DNA of 64,000 bases from Nannocystales bacterium (GCA_050633305.1 JBOEGF010000002.1:153624-217623), one strand, 5' to 3'; numbered from the stretch's first letter, positions 1-10,958 are shown. The notes: generated by a model not told the origin, from the sequence alone. Numbers and translations are program-made.

Positions 1-313
1 ACGTCAGCTGTCCGTAGTCCGGTAGCGTCCACGGCTGCACCGCATCGAATCCAACCGCGTCGCAAAGGACCCCCCCTTCAGAGTCCCCATCCGTATCGGC
101 ATCCGTATCGGAATCCGGGCCGGGACCGGTTGAGTCGACCGAGTCAGTCCCGGCTGTCGAGTCGTCCATGGCTTGCGAATCAGTCGACGGTCCGCCGGTG
201 GTGCCCGTCCCGTCCTCGGCGCCAGAACCGTCGGTGTCCGCAGCAGCGCTGTCGTCGCCGCCGCAAGCGCCGAGGACGATGAGGACCGAAGCGATGGAAG
301 CTAAGCGCGTCAT
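1..313 (-). CDS. Lipoprotein with acidic Ser/Thr/Asp linker (partial, runs off the window start)
   Basis: Not in the ORF track. ATG at 313 reads MTRLASIASVLIVLGACGGDDSAAADTDGSG..., with lipobox LGAC, and stays open to position 1. Confidence 0.75.
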   Translation of the reverse strand, partial: MTRLASIASVLIVLGACGGDDSAAADTDGSGAEDGTGTTGGPSTDSQAMDDSTAGTDSVDSTGPGPDSDTDADTDGDSEGGVLCDAVGFDAVQPWTLPDYGQLT

Positions 314-645
314 GACCCCACTGACGGCAGGCCGTTCTGCAGGTTGCGCTGCCAATTACCACGCGTGTAGCCGTAATACTGCCGCGTGGGGAGGTATTTC
401 TCGCGTGAACGGCCTGCTTTTGGGGTGCTCTACGCAATCGGAAACCCAAGATCGCGATCGGGTGGCAATCCGGTTGTGACACCCGTAGATCGAGCATTCA
501 GGTAATAAGACGACACGCAGCCGGAGTTTTAATTGTTTTGACACGATTCCGGTGGCTGATACTCCTGATTCAGCGTCTAGGCTGCGATGTTAACTACGGT
601 ATATCGCTGAGTTTTACGGACAGCCCTGACAATCCACGGTGCACA

Positions 646-1368
646 ATGCTGAATTCTCTGCAGACCCACGACGTGCTGCCCACTCACCTCCGGGATCCCC
701 TCGAGATCCTGCGCTGGGCGGGGCAAGGGTTTCCGCAGGGCTTGGTGCTCGCGAGCGCCTTGGGACCGCAGTCGATTGTCGCCCTCGACCTCGCCGTGAG
801 CGCGGGACTGGACGTCGACGTGGTCTTGCTCGACACGGGCCTTCTCTTTGAGGAGACGCTTCAGCTCGCTTCGCGACTGGAGACGCGACTGGGGGTCAGC
901 ATCGAACGGGTGAAGCCGGCGCTCACTCTCGACGAGCAGGCCGAAGCCCTCGGCGAGGAGCTCTGGGAGACGGACCCCGCCAAGTGTTGCGAGATTCGGA
1001 AGGTCAAGCCGCTTGCCAACCGGCTGGATAGCGCGAGCGCATGGATCACCGGCCTGCGCCGCAGTGGTTCGCTCGTCCGTGCCGAAGTCGAGAGCGTCGA
1101 GTGGGACTCCGTCCACGGGCTGGTCAAGATCAACCCCCTGGCCTGGTGGTCTCGGGCCCGCGTGTTCGAGCACCTGCACAGCCACAAGCTCCCCTACAAC
1201 CCGCTGCTCGACGACGGCTACGCGAGCGTCGGCTGCCGCCCCTGCACGTCTCGGGTTGGCGCTGGCGAAGACGAACGCGCCGGTCGCTGGCGTGGTCGCG
1301 GCAAGACCGAATGCGGCATCCACCACCGGCTGGCCGCGGCGCAACCTCAAGAGGAAGCCGCGCGGTGA
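646..1368 (+). CDS. cysH: APS/PAPS reductase, thioredoxin-dependent, [4Fe-4S] APS-reductase type
   Basis: Motifs LDTG, KCCEIRKV, WITGLRR, KINPL, GYASVGCRPCT and C-terminal ECGIH. The CC...CxxC pattern is the Fe-S signature. Confidence 0.93.
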   Translation: MLNSLQTHDVLPTHLRDPLEILRWAGQGFPQGLVLASALGPQSIVALDLAVSAGLDVDVVLLDTGLLFEETLQLASRLETRLGVSIERVKPALTLDEQAEALGEELWETDPAKCCEIRKVKPLANRLDSASAWITGLRRSGSLVRAEVESVEWDSVHGLVKINPLAWWSRARVFEHLHSHKLPYNPLLDDGYASVGCRPCTSRVGAGEDERAGRWRGRGKTECGIHHRLAAAQPQEEAAR

Positions 1369-2825
1369 CCAACATCTCCGACGAAGCTCGGATGATGATC
1401 GCGGTTCGGCCCCAAGGCGCCGGATTGGTCATCGGTCGCGGTCGCGAGCTTCTGGCCCGGGTGCGCTATCTGGCCCGCAGCAAGACGCCCATGCGTGTGT
1501 GGACGGATGCCGAACACCTCGCGAAGGTCCGAGCGATCCCCGAGCTGCTGGAGTTCGCAGGCCCCCTGCTCGCGTCCGCCGATGGCAGCACACTGAGCGA
1601 CGCGAAAGGCCAGTTCCACCTGCAACTCGGAACGCCTGAGCCGTTCGACGTGCAGGCGTTCTCGCTCGTGTTCCTCTGCGACTTGGGCGACGCGCTCGCG
1701 ACTCGCTGGTACGACCACGCCCACAGCCAAGGCAAGCTGGTCAACGACGCCGATGTCCCACACCGATGCGACTTCGATGTACCAGCGCTACACTGCGATG
1801 GCCCCGTTCGGGTCGCGATCTCGACCGCGGGCCAAGGGCCGGGCATGGCGGGCCGCCTCCGCAAGGAGATCGCCCTTGCGCTCCCGCCGAACACGGGCGA
1901 GGCCGTCCGCCGGTTCAGCGGTCTCCGGACGTGGAACAAGACCCCTTGGGGACGCCCTCGGCTGCGTAGGCTTGCAAAGCAAGCGTCGTTCACCGAGCTC
2001 GCCAACCTGGAAACGGGTGATGAGCTGCGCGCACGCCGTGTCCTGTCCCAAGCAGACAACTCGGGGCGCGTCGTGCTGATCGGAGCCGGACCTGGCGACC
2101 CCGAGATGCTCACGCTCGGCGCCATGCGCTGGCTCTCCCGAGCCGACCTGATCGTCGCAGACCGGCTTGTTGCCAAGGCGATGAAGGATGGGCTCGCCGA
2201 CCTCACGACGGCGGAGTGGAAGGTCGTCAACAAACCTCGCGGAGGCGCGACCGCAGGTCAGCGAGAGCTGGAGGCCTGGACTTCCGAGGCCGCGCTCGAG
2301 GGCAAAGTCGTCGTTCGACTCAAGAGCGGCGACTGTGGGTTCTTTGCGCGAACCGGCGAGGAGCTTCAGTGCTACCGGGCACAGGGCATCGAGGTCGAGG
2401 TCGTCCCGGGCGTCAGCGCCATCCATGCCTCATCGGCCACCGCACAGATCCCGCTGACGTGGCGCGGGTTTGCAGACCGCGTCCACGTGGTGACCGCGGT
2501 GGGTCGCGACGACAGCGAGCCCACAGCACCGGCGTACGACCCTCAGACCACGCTTGTCGTCCTGATGGGAATCAAGGTCTTGCCGCAGCTCGTCCAACGG
2601 CTCGTGGCGTCGGGGCACCCTCCGGGCATCTCCGCCGCGGTCGTCGAGAAGGCGTCCTCCGCCCAGGAGCGGGTCTTCACGGGAACATTGCGTGACCTGC
2701 CCGACATCGTCAGGAAGCACAGCGTCAGCGCGCCTGCGACGATCGTCATCGGGCACGTGGTCGCCGAGGCAACACGGACCCCAGCGGCGGTCGCTGCTGG
2801 TTCCAAGGCCCCTGCACTCGCCTAA
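1365..2825 (+). CDS. cysG: Siroheme synthase: precorrin-2 dehydrogenase-like N-part plus uroporphyrinogen-III C-methyltransferase
   Basis: GTGA overlap with the cysH stop. Motifs LVNDADVPHRCDF, AISTAGQGP, VVLIGAGPGDPEMLT, VRLKSGD, VVPGVSA. Confidence 0.88.
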   Translation: MTNISDEARMMIAVRPQGAGLVIGRGRELLARVRYLARSKTPMRVWTDAEHLAKVRAIPELLEFAGPLLASADGSTLSDAKGQFHLQLGTPEPFDVQAFSLVFLCDLGDALATRWYDHAHSQGKLVNDADVPHRCDFDVPALHCDGPVRVAISTAGQGPGMAGRLRKEIALALPPNTGEAVRRFSGLRTWNKTPWGRPRLRRLAKQASFTELANLETGDELRARRVLSQADNSGRVVLIGAGPGDPEMLTLGAMRWLSRADLIVADRLVAKAMKDGLADLTTAEWKVVNKPRGGATAGQRELEAWTSEAALEGKVVVRLKSGDCGFFARTGEELQCYRAQGIEVEVVPGVSAIHASSATAQIPLTWRGFADRVHVVTAVGRDDSEPTAPAYDPQTTLVVLMGIKVLPQLVQRLVASGHPPGISAAVVEKASSAQERVFTGTLRDLPDIVRKHSVSAPATIVIGHVVAEATRTPAAVAAGSKAPALA

Positions 2826-2889
2826 CACGCCTCGCTGACGCCTGACTCGGGCCACTGCTGCCCCACAGAACAGGCATACTGGCCCTGCG

Positions 2890-5838
2890 ATGGGTGCGGA
2901 CGACGAGACGCTGGCACAGGCCGAGACGGCGGCTGACCCGCGTCTCGGCCCTGGGCAGCTGTTCGGCCGCTACCTCATCGTGCAACGCGTAGGCGCCGGC
3001 GGCGTGGGCGAGGTCTACTCCGCCTACGACCCAGCCCTCGATCGACGTGTCGCGCTCAAGGTGTTGCGGAGCAGCCCCGACGAAGACGCAACGACCGCAT
3101 CCAACCGACAGGCCAGCCTCGTCCGCGAAGCCAAGGCCCTGGCCAGTCTCTCCCATCCCAACGTCGTCACGGTTCATGACGTCGGCCGCGAGCTCGACCG
3201 CACGTACATTGCGATGGAGCTGGTCGAGGGTCGAGACCTCAAGGCGTGGATCCTCGAGGATGCGAGTCGGCCATGGAGAGACACGCTGAAGGTGTTCATC
3301 GAGGCCGGCAAAGGGCTGCATGCCGCCCACCTCAAGGGCATCCTTCACCGGGACTTCAAGCCGGCCAACGTCCTTGTCGGCCATGACGAGTGGGTCCGCG
3401 TCTCGGACTTCGGCCTCGCCCGGCTGCTCGCTCCCACCGAGTCCACGGCCAGCGACTCCACAACGCAAGACCTTTCGATCGACGCGTCGGTGAGCATCGA
3501 CGGCCGCATGGTGGGAACGCCGTACTACATGGCACCCGAGCAGGTCGACGGCGAGACGACCGTGTGCAGCGACGTCTACGCTTTTTGCCTCGCGCTGCAT
3601 GACGCGCTGTACGGCGTCCGGGGCTTCGAAGGCGCGACGCTCATGGAGCTCGCGGTCCGCAAGGCACAGGGGCCTCCGCCAGCTCCAAGCGACTCCCGAG
3701 GAGTGCCCTCCGTCATCCGGGCGTCCCTCGAACGCGGGCTGCAGCCCTCCCCCGACGCGCGCTGGCCGTCGATGGCCCCACTGCTGAGCGAACTCGAGAA
3801 GGCGATACGCCCACGCTCCCGAACAACACTTCCGTGGCTCGTCGGCATCGGCGGGATCGCCCTCACCGCAGCTGCGATGGCCCCCAAATCCAGCGACGCA
3901 TGCTCGGGTGCAGGTGCGGCGCTCGGCGAGGCGTGGAACGAACCCCGATCCGCGTCGGTCGCCGCGGGACTCGAAGCCACAGGGTCTCCGCTCGCAGAAC
4001 GGGCATCCCGCGACGCAACGACCGAGCTCGGCGAGTACGCGCAGGCATGGCAGACCGCCCACACCCGGGTTTGCGAGGCCACCAAACGAGGCGAGCAATC
4101 CAGCGCGCTTCTCGACCACCGCATGACATGCCTCCAGCGGCAGCTCCTCGACCTTGGCGCGGCAGCTGAGGTTCTCTCGAGTGCCGACGCGACCGTCGTC
4201 GAGCGAGCGTCTCAGATCCTGTCGGCCCTGCCCCAGCCGGCTCGCTGCGAGACCCTCTCCGCCGACCCCGACGCTCGCGAGACATCGCCCGAGGCGGATA
4301 CGGCCCGAGCCGAACTCGCGCAGGTCAACGCACGCATCGTCGGCGGCCTCTACCCCGAGGCCGACGAGCGCTCGGAGCTCCTCCTCAACAGCACCGCATC
4401 CATCGACGCGCCGCGACTTCGTTCGGACATCCTGTACACGCGGGGCGACGTGCTCCTGAAGATGGGTCGGATCGAGGACTCGGTCGACATGCTCGAACAG
4501 GCGACCTTCTCCGCCATCACGTCCGGATACGCGTTGGGTCAAATGCGAGCGAGCGTGTCGCTCGTGACCGTCGAGGGACGACGCGCCGCCCGGCCCGAGG
4601 CGGGTCTTCGCTGGGCCCGCTTTGCGGAGGCCGCCTTGCTCAGAGCAGGGGAAGACCCCCGCGCCCGCTCGAAGCTCGCGGCGAATATCGCATCGGTTCA
4701 CTCGGAAAAGGGCGACTACGAGGCGGCCGAGACCCACATCCGGCGGGCACTCAAACTCCTCGAAGGCACAGACAGCGCGCCCGAACACCGCGCGCAGCTT
4801 CTCGACAACCTCGGCGTAACGATTCGTGCTCTGGGCCGATTTGACGAGGCCCTCGAAGTCCACGAAGAGGGGCTCACACTGCGCGAGGCCGCCCTCGGGC
4901 CCGTACACCCTCAGCTGGCCCGCTCGCTGACAAACACGGCGGCAGCATACATAGAGCTGGCCAAGTTCGAGGAGGCGGACGCCAGATACGCGCGAGCACT
5001 GGAGATTCGCGAGCAGGTCCTCGGGCCAAACCACCTCGACGTGGCGACGACGGTGAACAACATCGGGGGGTCCTACTACCGGCGCGGCCAACTAGAGAAA
5101 GCTCTGCCCTATTTCGAGCGCGCCGTGAAGATCCGGCAAGCCGCACTGCCGCCGGGACACCCCCTGGTCTTGCGAACCATGGGAGCCCTGGCCCAGTTGC
5201 GGTCCGAAGCCGGGGAACACGACGTAGCCGAGGCCCTGTTCGAGGAAGTGTTGCGCCAGCTCGAGAACAAGCCAGACCATGATCCGGGAACACGGTCTGC
5301 CAACCTCGCCAACCTTGCGAGCCTTCGTGTGGCCCAAGGGCGACTTGGTGAGGCGATCACGCTGTACGAGTCCTCGCTCGAGATCGACGAAGCGCAACTT
5401 GGACCCGACCACCCCACTGTGGCGCTCACACTCAGCAACCTCGGGAACGTCTTCGAAGACCTCGAACGCTTTGACGAAGCCCTCGCCGTGCATCAGCGGG
5501 CACTCGAGATTCGGGAGACAAAACTCGGCCCCGAGCACCCAGATCTCATCTGGACCCTCGCCGGCTTGAGTGGAGTGCACCAGGCCTCAGGAAACCCGAG
5601 TTTGGCCCTCCCGCTGCTCGAGCGGGCCCTGGGCATCTCCGCGAAGAACGACACCAACCCGATGCTCGTCGCAGGAGTGAAGTTCGAGCTCGCACAAGCG
5701 CTCGATGCGACCGATGGGGACAAGTCCCGAGCATTGGCCCTTGGCGAGGAGTCCCTGGCGGTCTACCGAACGCTGAAGGGCCGGGAGAGCGACCTCGCCA
5801 ACATCGAGGCGTTCGTCACCGACCTGAAGACCCGATAG
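2890..5838 (+). CDS. Ser/Thr protein kinase with one TM segment and C-terminal TPR repeats
   Basis: Kinase motifs GAGGVGEV, VALK, HRDFKPAN, DFGLA, GTPYYMAPE. Repeated LGPxHPxxA TPR units. Confidence 0.93.
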   Translation: MGADDETLAQAETAADPRLGPGQLFGRYLIVQRVGAGGVGEVYSAYDPALDRRVALKVLRSSPDEDATTASNRQASLVREAKALASLSHPNVVTVHDVGRELDRTYIAMELVEGRDLKAWILEDASRPWRDTLKVFIEAGKGLHAAHLKGILHRDFKPANVLVGHDEWVRVSDFGLARLLAPTESTASDSTTQDLSIDASVSIDGRMVGTPYYMAPEQVDGETTVCSDVYAFCLALHDALYGVRGFEGATLMELAVRKAQGPPPAPSDSRGVPSVIRASLERGLQPSPDARWPSMAPLLSELEKAIRPRSRTTLPWLVGIGGIALTAAAMAPKSSDACSGAGAALGEAWNEPRSASVAAGLEATGSPLAERASRDATTELGEYAQAWQTAHTRVCEATKRGEQSSALLDHRMTCLQRQLLDLGAAAEVLSSADATVVERASQILSALPQPARCETLSADPDARETSPEADTARAELAQVNARIVGGLYPEADERSELLLNSTASIDAPRLRSDILYTRGDVLLKMGRIEDSVDMLEQATFSAITSGYALGQMRASVSLVTVEGRRAARPEAGLRWARFAEAALLRAGEDPRARSKLAANIASVHSEKGDYEAAETHIRRALKLLEGTDSAPEHRAQLLDNLGVTIRALGRFDEALEVHEEGLTLREAALGPVHPQLARSLTNTAAAYIELAKFEEADARYARALEIREQVLGPNHLDVATTVNNIGGSYYRRGQLEKALPYFERAVKIRQAALPPGHPLVLRTMGALAQLRSEAGEHDVAEALFEEVLRQLENKPDHDPGTRSANLANLASLRVAQGRLGEAITLYESSLEIDEAQLGPDHPTVALTLSNLGNVFEDLERFDEALAVHQRALEIRETKLGPEHPDLIWTLAGLSGVHQASGNPSLALPLLERALGISAKNDTNPMLVAGVKFELAQALDATDGDKSRALALGEESLAVYRTLKGRESDLANIEAFVTDLKTR

Positions 5839-5859
5839 ACCCGGTGCGTGGATCCCGGT

Positions 5860-6186
5860 TCACGGGTCCGTAGCTCGGCCGCGTAGCGGGGCCCCCAAGG
5901 CGCCCCCCCAGTTGCCGACGTCGAGAACCCGAACCCGGAACTGCCCTGGCTCGTTGGTCTGCCCGGGCCTCGGCCCCGGAATCCCCTCGTGTGCGACCCG
6001 AAGCTCGACGTTGTACGTGTAGTGGCCGCGGGCCTTGTTGATGTTTTGGAAGTGGATCTCCTCGATCGTCCCTTCCAAGGTCATGACCTCGTCGGTGCTG
6101 TCCCCATACACGGGCACGACCGCGGTGTGCGGGGCCGGTCCGCACCCCACCACGCTCATCAGAAGCACAAGGAGGCGCCTCATCAT
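5860..6186 (-). CDS. Small hypothetical lipoprotein
   Basis: MMRRLLVLLMSVVGC signal/lipobox followed by a beta-rich body. Confidence 0.55.
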   Translation of the reverse strand: MMRRLLVLLMSVVGCGPAPHTAVVPVYGDSTDEVMTLEGTIEEIHFQNINKARGHYTYNVELRVAHEGIPGPRPGQTNEPGQFRVRVLDVGNWGGALGAPLRGRATDP

Positions 6187-6336
6187 GCCCACCTCGGGAG
6201 TCCGCGGGGCGGGGTCCCCGTCCACTGTGCTCGGCACACGTGTTTGGCGGTCATCACGGGGCGTTCCACCCCACCTAGACTACCAAAGCGGCCCCGGTCT
6301 TCCCTCCGGAAACTCCAGAGCGTAAGGATGGGCCCA

Positions 6337-7536
6337 ATGGCCAAGGACCCGCTCATCCAGATGCTGGCCGACCCCGAGCGCACCCCGATCCGCGGGGCGC
6401 TCCCCGTCGTCACCATTCGGCCGGACGATGACCCCGACTACGTCGATGCTGTCCGGCGGGTCGAGTCCGAGCGCATCGAGTTGCTTCGACGAGGCCGAGA
6501 CCACGGCACACTCGTCGAACTCCTGCGCCCCGACCTCTCCCCCAAACTCGACACCGCGCAGATGCAGGCGTGCTGGAAGCAAGCAGACCCCTTCGTCGTG
6601 CGAGACGCCGCGCCCAAGGCCGACGACGCAACTGCGATGCTCCCAGAAGGATGGGCTGCGGGTCACGACGAGCCTGGCCGTTGGCAGCACTGGATTGCAG
6701 ATGCCGCCTCCGAAGCGGTTTCCCCCGCGACGGAGCTGCTCGACTCCGACCGAGACATCGGAAAGGCGGCGTGTGCAACCCGTGAAGCGTGGGCCAAACT
6801 GGGAAGGCTCTCCACCGCCGAGGGCGACGCGTCCCGTCGCCTCGCGTTCGGCGTTGGGGAAGAGATCCGCGACGACGACCACCCCTCCGGTGAGCGGCAT
6901 GCGGCGGTGTGGGACTGGGCATGCTCGCTGCTTCCCGCGCTCGGTGCGAGCTGGCCGGACTCGCTTCGCAAGCGACTCGGAGGTGCATCGGGCATGCCTC
7001 TGAAACCCAGCAACCCGATCGTCTACTGGAACCGGCCCAACGGCGGTGCCCTCTTCCATCACGATGCGCTGCCCGGCTATCTGCCGAGCGACGCCGAGAG
7101 CGCTGAGCCGCCGGCCAGCGGCCAGCGCGGTGTGGTGTACGTGCAAGGGGCGGGGACCACGGTCTGGCTCGGCCTCTCCATTCAGGCGCTTGCACAACGC
7201 TGCTGCGAATTCATGCGGGATGTTGTCGACGGCGGCGCCCCCTGGCTCTTCGACAGCTGGGTCAAGGAAGGCGTGTGGCAACCACTGTTCTTTGCCACGC
7301 TCGAGCTCGAGCCCTGCCTGCGCGCGTTGGCACGCTCCGACGCGGGCCCGCTTCGCCCCTTGGTCCACGGATGCCTGGAGTTCACCGGGTTCCTGATCGA
7401 CTCGGGGCATGCAGCGGTCCTCCGTGCCGGGGACGCGATCGCACTGCCCAACCACGGTCTCGACCGCACCGCGATGCACTCGGTCTACTGCGGAAGCGAC
7501 GGGCCCAACGTCGGGTTCTCGATCGGGCTCCGGTAG
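6337..7536 (+). CDS. Hypothetical protein, possible cupin/JmjC-like metalloenzyme
   Basis: Long ORF with typical codon usage. GALFHHD ... LRAGDAIALP ... MHSV pattern. Start is 6328 or 6337. Confidence 0.65.
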   Translation: MAKDPLIQMLADPERTPIRGALPVVTIRPDDDPDYVDAVRRVESERIELLRRGRDHGTLVELLRPDLSPKLDTAQMQACWKQADPFVVRDAAPKADDATAMLPEGWAAGHDEPGRWQHWIADAASEAVSPATELLDSDRDIGKAACATREAWAKLGRLSTAEGDASRRLAFGVGEEIRDDDHPSGERHAAVWDWACSLLPALGASWPDSLRKRLGGASGMPLKPSNPIVYWNRPNGGALFHHDALPGYLPSDAESAEPPASGQRGVVYVQGAGTTVWLGLSIQALAQRCCEFMRDVVDGGAPWLFDSWVKEGVWQPLFFATLELEPCLRALARSDAGPLRPLVHGCLEFTGFLIDSGHAAVLRAGDAIALPNHGLDRTAMHSVYCGSDGPNVGFSIGLR

Positions 7537-7540
7537 TCGT

Positions 7541-8395
7541 TCACCACGAACAGCCCCAGCGCTCGTACTGGGGCTTGTGAAGGATCCACTTGTCCTGGTC
7601 CTCGGTATACGTCCACACGTTCGTCGCCGTCGTGGCCTCGCCCTCGGAGTGCGACCTATAGACGACCTTCACATCCCGATGACCGTCCCCATCGACGTCT
7701 TCGTGGGTCACCTTTGCTGTGGTTGCATCCTCAGGGCGCGCGTCCATCAGGTGCCGCAACTCGGTCGTGAATGCCGGCTCCAACGTCGGCGCAAGATCGA
7801 AGATGGTCATCTGCGTGATCGTGTTCGGCCCTCCGCCAGGACACATGACCGACGCCCGGACCCGCACCAGAATCTCGGGCTCGCCATCATCGTCGTAGTC
7901 GTCCGAGCGCAGCGTGACAGCAAAGGGCGGTGGCCCCTCGTCGAGCCACGGCGTGCTCGCCTCCGCAACCGTCGCGTGACTCTGAACCTCCCACCCTCGG
8001 TCCGACTGCGCCACAACGACCAGCTCAACACCCGCCTCTGAGGCACGGGTGAAGTTCCGCCACACGAGAGCAGCCCGTCCATCCGGGAGAGAGACGAGCG
8101 GTGCCAAGCGAGCGAGCTTGCCTTTGAGGAGGGCCTTGGACGCCGTGAGTGCTTCGACTTTGGTCGGTACGGTCGTCTCGGGCGCGACGGGTTCGGCGGG
8201 TTCCTCGACCGAAACGGGCGGACTCTCGAGCGGCTCGACGACCTCCGCGGGCCGCCGAGACTCCGATGCGATGACTGGATCAGCAGCCCTGGACTTCGAC
8301 GTAGGGGTGGCCGGTGTCGAACAAGCCGACGCCATAGCTCCGCATGCTCCCAGGAGCAAAAGAGATAGGGCAGACGACGCGTCGGGGTGCACCAT
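7541..8395 (-). CDS. Hypothetical lipoprotein with DxDxDG (FG-GAP/EF-like) loops
   Basis: Hydrophobic signal with Cys, Pro/Glu linker, and loops DYDDDGEPEI and DVDGDGHRDV. Confidence 0.7.
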   Translation of the reverse strand: MVHPDASSALSLLLLGACGAMASACSTPATPTSKSRAADPVIASESRRPAEVVEPLESPPVSVEEPAEPVAPETTVPTKVEALTASKALLKGKLARLAPLVSLPDGRAALVWRNFTRASEAGVELVVVAQSDRGWEVQSHATVAEASTPWLDEGPPPFAVTLRSDDYDDDGEPEILVRVRASVMCPGGGPNTITQMTIFDLAPTLEPAFTTELRHLMDARPEDATTAKVTHEDVDGDGHRDVKVVYRSHSEGEATTATNVWTYTEDQDKWILHKPQYERWGCSW

Positions 8396-8411
8396 GGGCT
8401 TGCAGGCTACC

Positions 8412-9023
8412 TCAGCGCGCCGGGACGAACACGCTGCCGTCGGGCATGCCTTCGGCAAACCACTGGTTGAGCAACGCCTCCCGCTCCTCGGGGAATGAGC
8501 AGCTCCCCGGAGGCATGCCTCCGTCGTCGATCGCACCTTGAAGCCGCTGACCGAAGGTCCCATCTCCGGCGGGACGATGCATGTCCGCGTACTCGAGAAA
8601 CAGTGTCCCACCCGGCGCCAACAATCCGGTGTGCTCCAAGTTCTGAGCGTTGCTCTCGAGCGTGTGGCACCCGCACGAGTTCTCGAGCGCATCCGCGATC
8701 GACGGAGGAAAAACGCCGGGAGTGTCCCCTCGGGGCAGAGGGTCGAACAGCGCTCCGTGCGAGGTAACCTCGACGCTGCACGGCGGACCGTCTGGAACCG
8801 GGCTGCCCGACGATGAGCTTTCCTCGGCAGCCGGCCCGGTGGGGTTGGTCGTCGTGGTCGCGGGACCAGGCGTCGTCCCCGAAGAGCGACTCGACCCCGT
8901 GACGGTCGCTTCGGTCGCCACGGCTTCACCCGTCGAGCCTTCCGTACCCGCCTGCCCATCCCCGTCGCCGGACGGACCGCATCCCACCAGCAACATCCCA
9001 ACCGCGCACAACATCCCCCGCAT
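8412..9023 (-). CDS. Lipoprotein with a cytochrome c-like C-terminal domain (CxCH)
   Basis: Lipobox MLLVGC, S/T/G linker, then SCGCH ... MPP ... QWFAEG. Confidence 0.65.
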   Translation of the reverse strand: MRGMLCAVGMLLVGCGPSGDGDGQAGTEGSTGEAVATEATVTGSSRSSGTTPGPATTTTNPTGPAAEESSSSGSPVPDGPPCSVEVTSHGALFDPLPRGDTPGVFPPSIADALENSCGCHTLESNAQNLEHTGLLAPGGTLFLEYADMHRPAGDGTFGQRLQGAIDDGGMPPGSCSFPEEREALLNQWFAEGMPDGSVFVPAR

Positions 9024-9129
9024 CCGGATGAGCCTACCGTGGCCGCCCAAAAACCGCGCGGGGACGGCCGCCCCCGAAGCCGCAGACTCGAGTCCACAGT
9101 CGGGGCTGTGCTCGGGTAGGGTCCGGGCC

Positions 9130-10911
9130 GTGGCTTCCTCCACCCCGCTGCGACGACTGTTCTCGTACGCCCGTCACCGACGCCCAGCGATCGCTGTTGC
9201 CACGACGTACAGCATCGTAAACAAGCTGTTCGACCTCGCCCCGCCGATGCTCATCGGCGCTGCGGTCGACGTCGTGGTTCAACAGGAGGACTCCTTCCTC
9301 GCGGGGTTCGGGGTCGAGTCCGTCGACACCCAGATCCTCCTGCTCGCGGTCGTCACGTTCCTCATCTGGGGGCTGGAGTCCGTCTTCGAGTACGCGTACG
9401 CCCTCGCTTGGCGCAATCTCGCTCAGACACTCCAACACGAGCTTCGTCAGGACGCCTACGAGCACGTTCAACGCCTGGAGCTTGCGTACTTCGAGGACCG
9501 CTCCACGGGCGGGCTGATGACCGTCCTCGGCGACGACGTCAACCAGCTCGAGCGTTTCCTCGACGACGGCGCGAACCAGATCATCCAGCTCGTCACGACC
9601 GTGCTCGCCGTGGGCGCGCTGTTCATCGCCGCCGTCCCCTCGATCGCACCGCTCGCGATCGCGCCGACCCCTCTCGTCATCGCAGGATCCCTCTGGTTCC
9701 AAAAGCGGCTCGCGCCTCGCTACGCGGCGGTCCGCGCTCGCACCTCGGACCTCGCGGCCGGTCTCGCGAACAAGTTGACCGGGATCGCCACCATCAAAGC
9801 CTTTGTTGCGGAGGACGCTGAAGCGGCCCAGCTCGAGCGAGACAGCAGGGCGTACCTCGACGCCAACGCGGCCGCGATCCGTCTGAGTTCGGCCTTCGTC
9901 CCACTGATCCGAATGGGGATCGTCCTCGGCTTCACCGCGACGCTCGTCCTGGGCGCACGGATGGCCACCGATGGAACGCTCAACGTCGGACTGTACAGCG
10001 TGCTCGTGTTCATGACGCAACGCCTGCTGTGGCCGCTCACCCGCCTCGGAAACATCCTGGACCAGTATCAGCGCGCGATGGCATCCACACGACGGGTCCT
10101 GGACTTGCTGGACACACCGTTGGGGATCGAGGGTGGAGAGACCCGACTGGATCGAGCCGACATCACAGGCGCCGTGGAGTTTCGCAAGGTGGGGTTCTCC
10201 TACGCAGCGGGCCCTTCCATCCTGGACGACGTCGACATTCGAATCCCCCCCGGGTCCAGCGTCGCCTTCGTGGGGCCGACGGGATCTGGCAAGTCCACGT
10301 TGATCAAGCTGTTGCTCCGCTTCTACGACCCGACCTCGGGCTCGGTCTGCCTCGAGGGACATGACGTGCGTTCGTTGGCCCTCCCCGACCTCCGGCGGGC
10401 GATCGGCCTCGTCAGCCAGGACGTTTTCCTCTTTCATGGGACCGTCCGGGAGAACATCGCCTACGGAGCGCCCAAAGCTTCCGCCGCAGCTGTCGAACGC
10501 GCGGCCAAGCTCGCCGAGGCCCATGACTTCATTCTCGGGTTGGCGGACGGCTACGAAACCGTCGTCGGCGAGAGGGGCCAGAAGCTTTCGGGCGGGCAGC
10601 GTCAGCGAATCTCGCTAGCGCGAGCGATCCTCGTCGACCCGCCGATTCTGGTTCTAGACGAAGCGACCTCCGCGGTGGACAACGAGACAGAGGCCGCGAT
10701 TCAACGCTCGCTGCAGCAGGTCGCGCGCGACCGAACCACGATGATCATCGCGCATCGTCTTTCGACGATCCGCCACGCGGACTGCACCTACGTTGTTGAG
10801 GCGGGGCGAATCTCTGAGCGCGGGACACACGAGGAGTTGCTGCGGCTCGATGGCACGTATGCCGCGTTGTGGTCGGTCCAGACGGGCGAAGTCTCCGGAC
10901 ATGACTCCTAG
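9130..10911 (+). CDS. ABC exporter, fused permease and ATPase (MsbA/Sav1866-like)
   Basis: N-terminal TM helices, Walker [10 protein letters not shown], signature LSGGQRQR, Walker [19 protein letters not shown]. Confidence 0.95.
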   Translation: MASSTPLRRLFSYARHRRPAIAVATTYSIVNKLFDLAPPMLIGAAVDVVVQQEDSFLAGFGVESVDTQILLLAVVTFLIWGLESVFEYAYALAWRNLAQTLQHELRQDAYEHVQRLELAYFEDRSTGGLMTVLGDDVNQLERFLDDGANQIIQLVTTVLAVGALFIAAVPSIAPLAIAPTPLVIAGSLWFQKRLAPRYAAVRARTSDLAAGLANKLTGIATIKAFVAEDAEAAQLERDSRAYLDANAAAIRLSSAFVPLIRMGIVLGFTATLVLGARMATDGTLNVGLYSVLVFMTQRLLWPLTRLGNILDQYQRAMASTRRVLDLLDTPLGIEGGETRLDRADITGAVEFRKVGFSYAAGPSILDDVDIRIPPGSSVAFVGPTGSGKSTLIKLLLRFYDPTSGSVCLEGHDVRSLALPDLRRAIGLVSQDVFLFHGTVRENIAYGAPKASAAAVERAAKLAEAHDFILGLADGYETVVGERGQKLSGGQRQRISLARAILVDPPILVLDEATSAVDNETEAAIQRSLQQVARDRTTMIIAHRLSTIRHADCTYVVEAGRISERGTHEELLRLDGTYAALWSVQTGEVSGHDS

Positions 10912-10958
10912 GGTCATCCTGCCCCTATGGGTCTCGTCGCGCATTACACGCAAAACAC

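Noticed and set aside
2746..5091. 781-aa antisense ORF, and similar long shadow ORFs (9034-10524, 19442-20797, 34139-35656, 43841-45394)
   Set aside because: They lie opposite motif-rich genes, as expected from stop-codon scarcity in GC-rich coding DNA, and have no motifs of their own.
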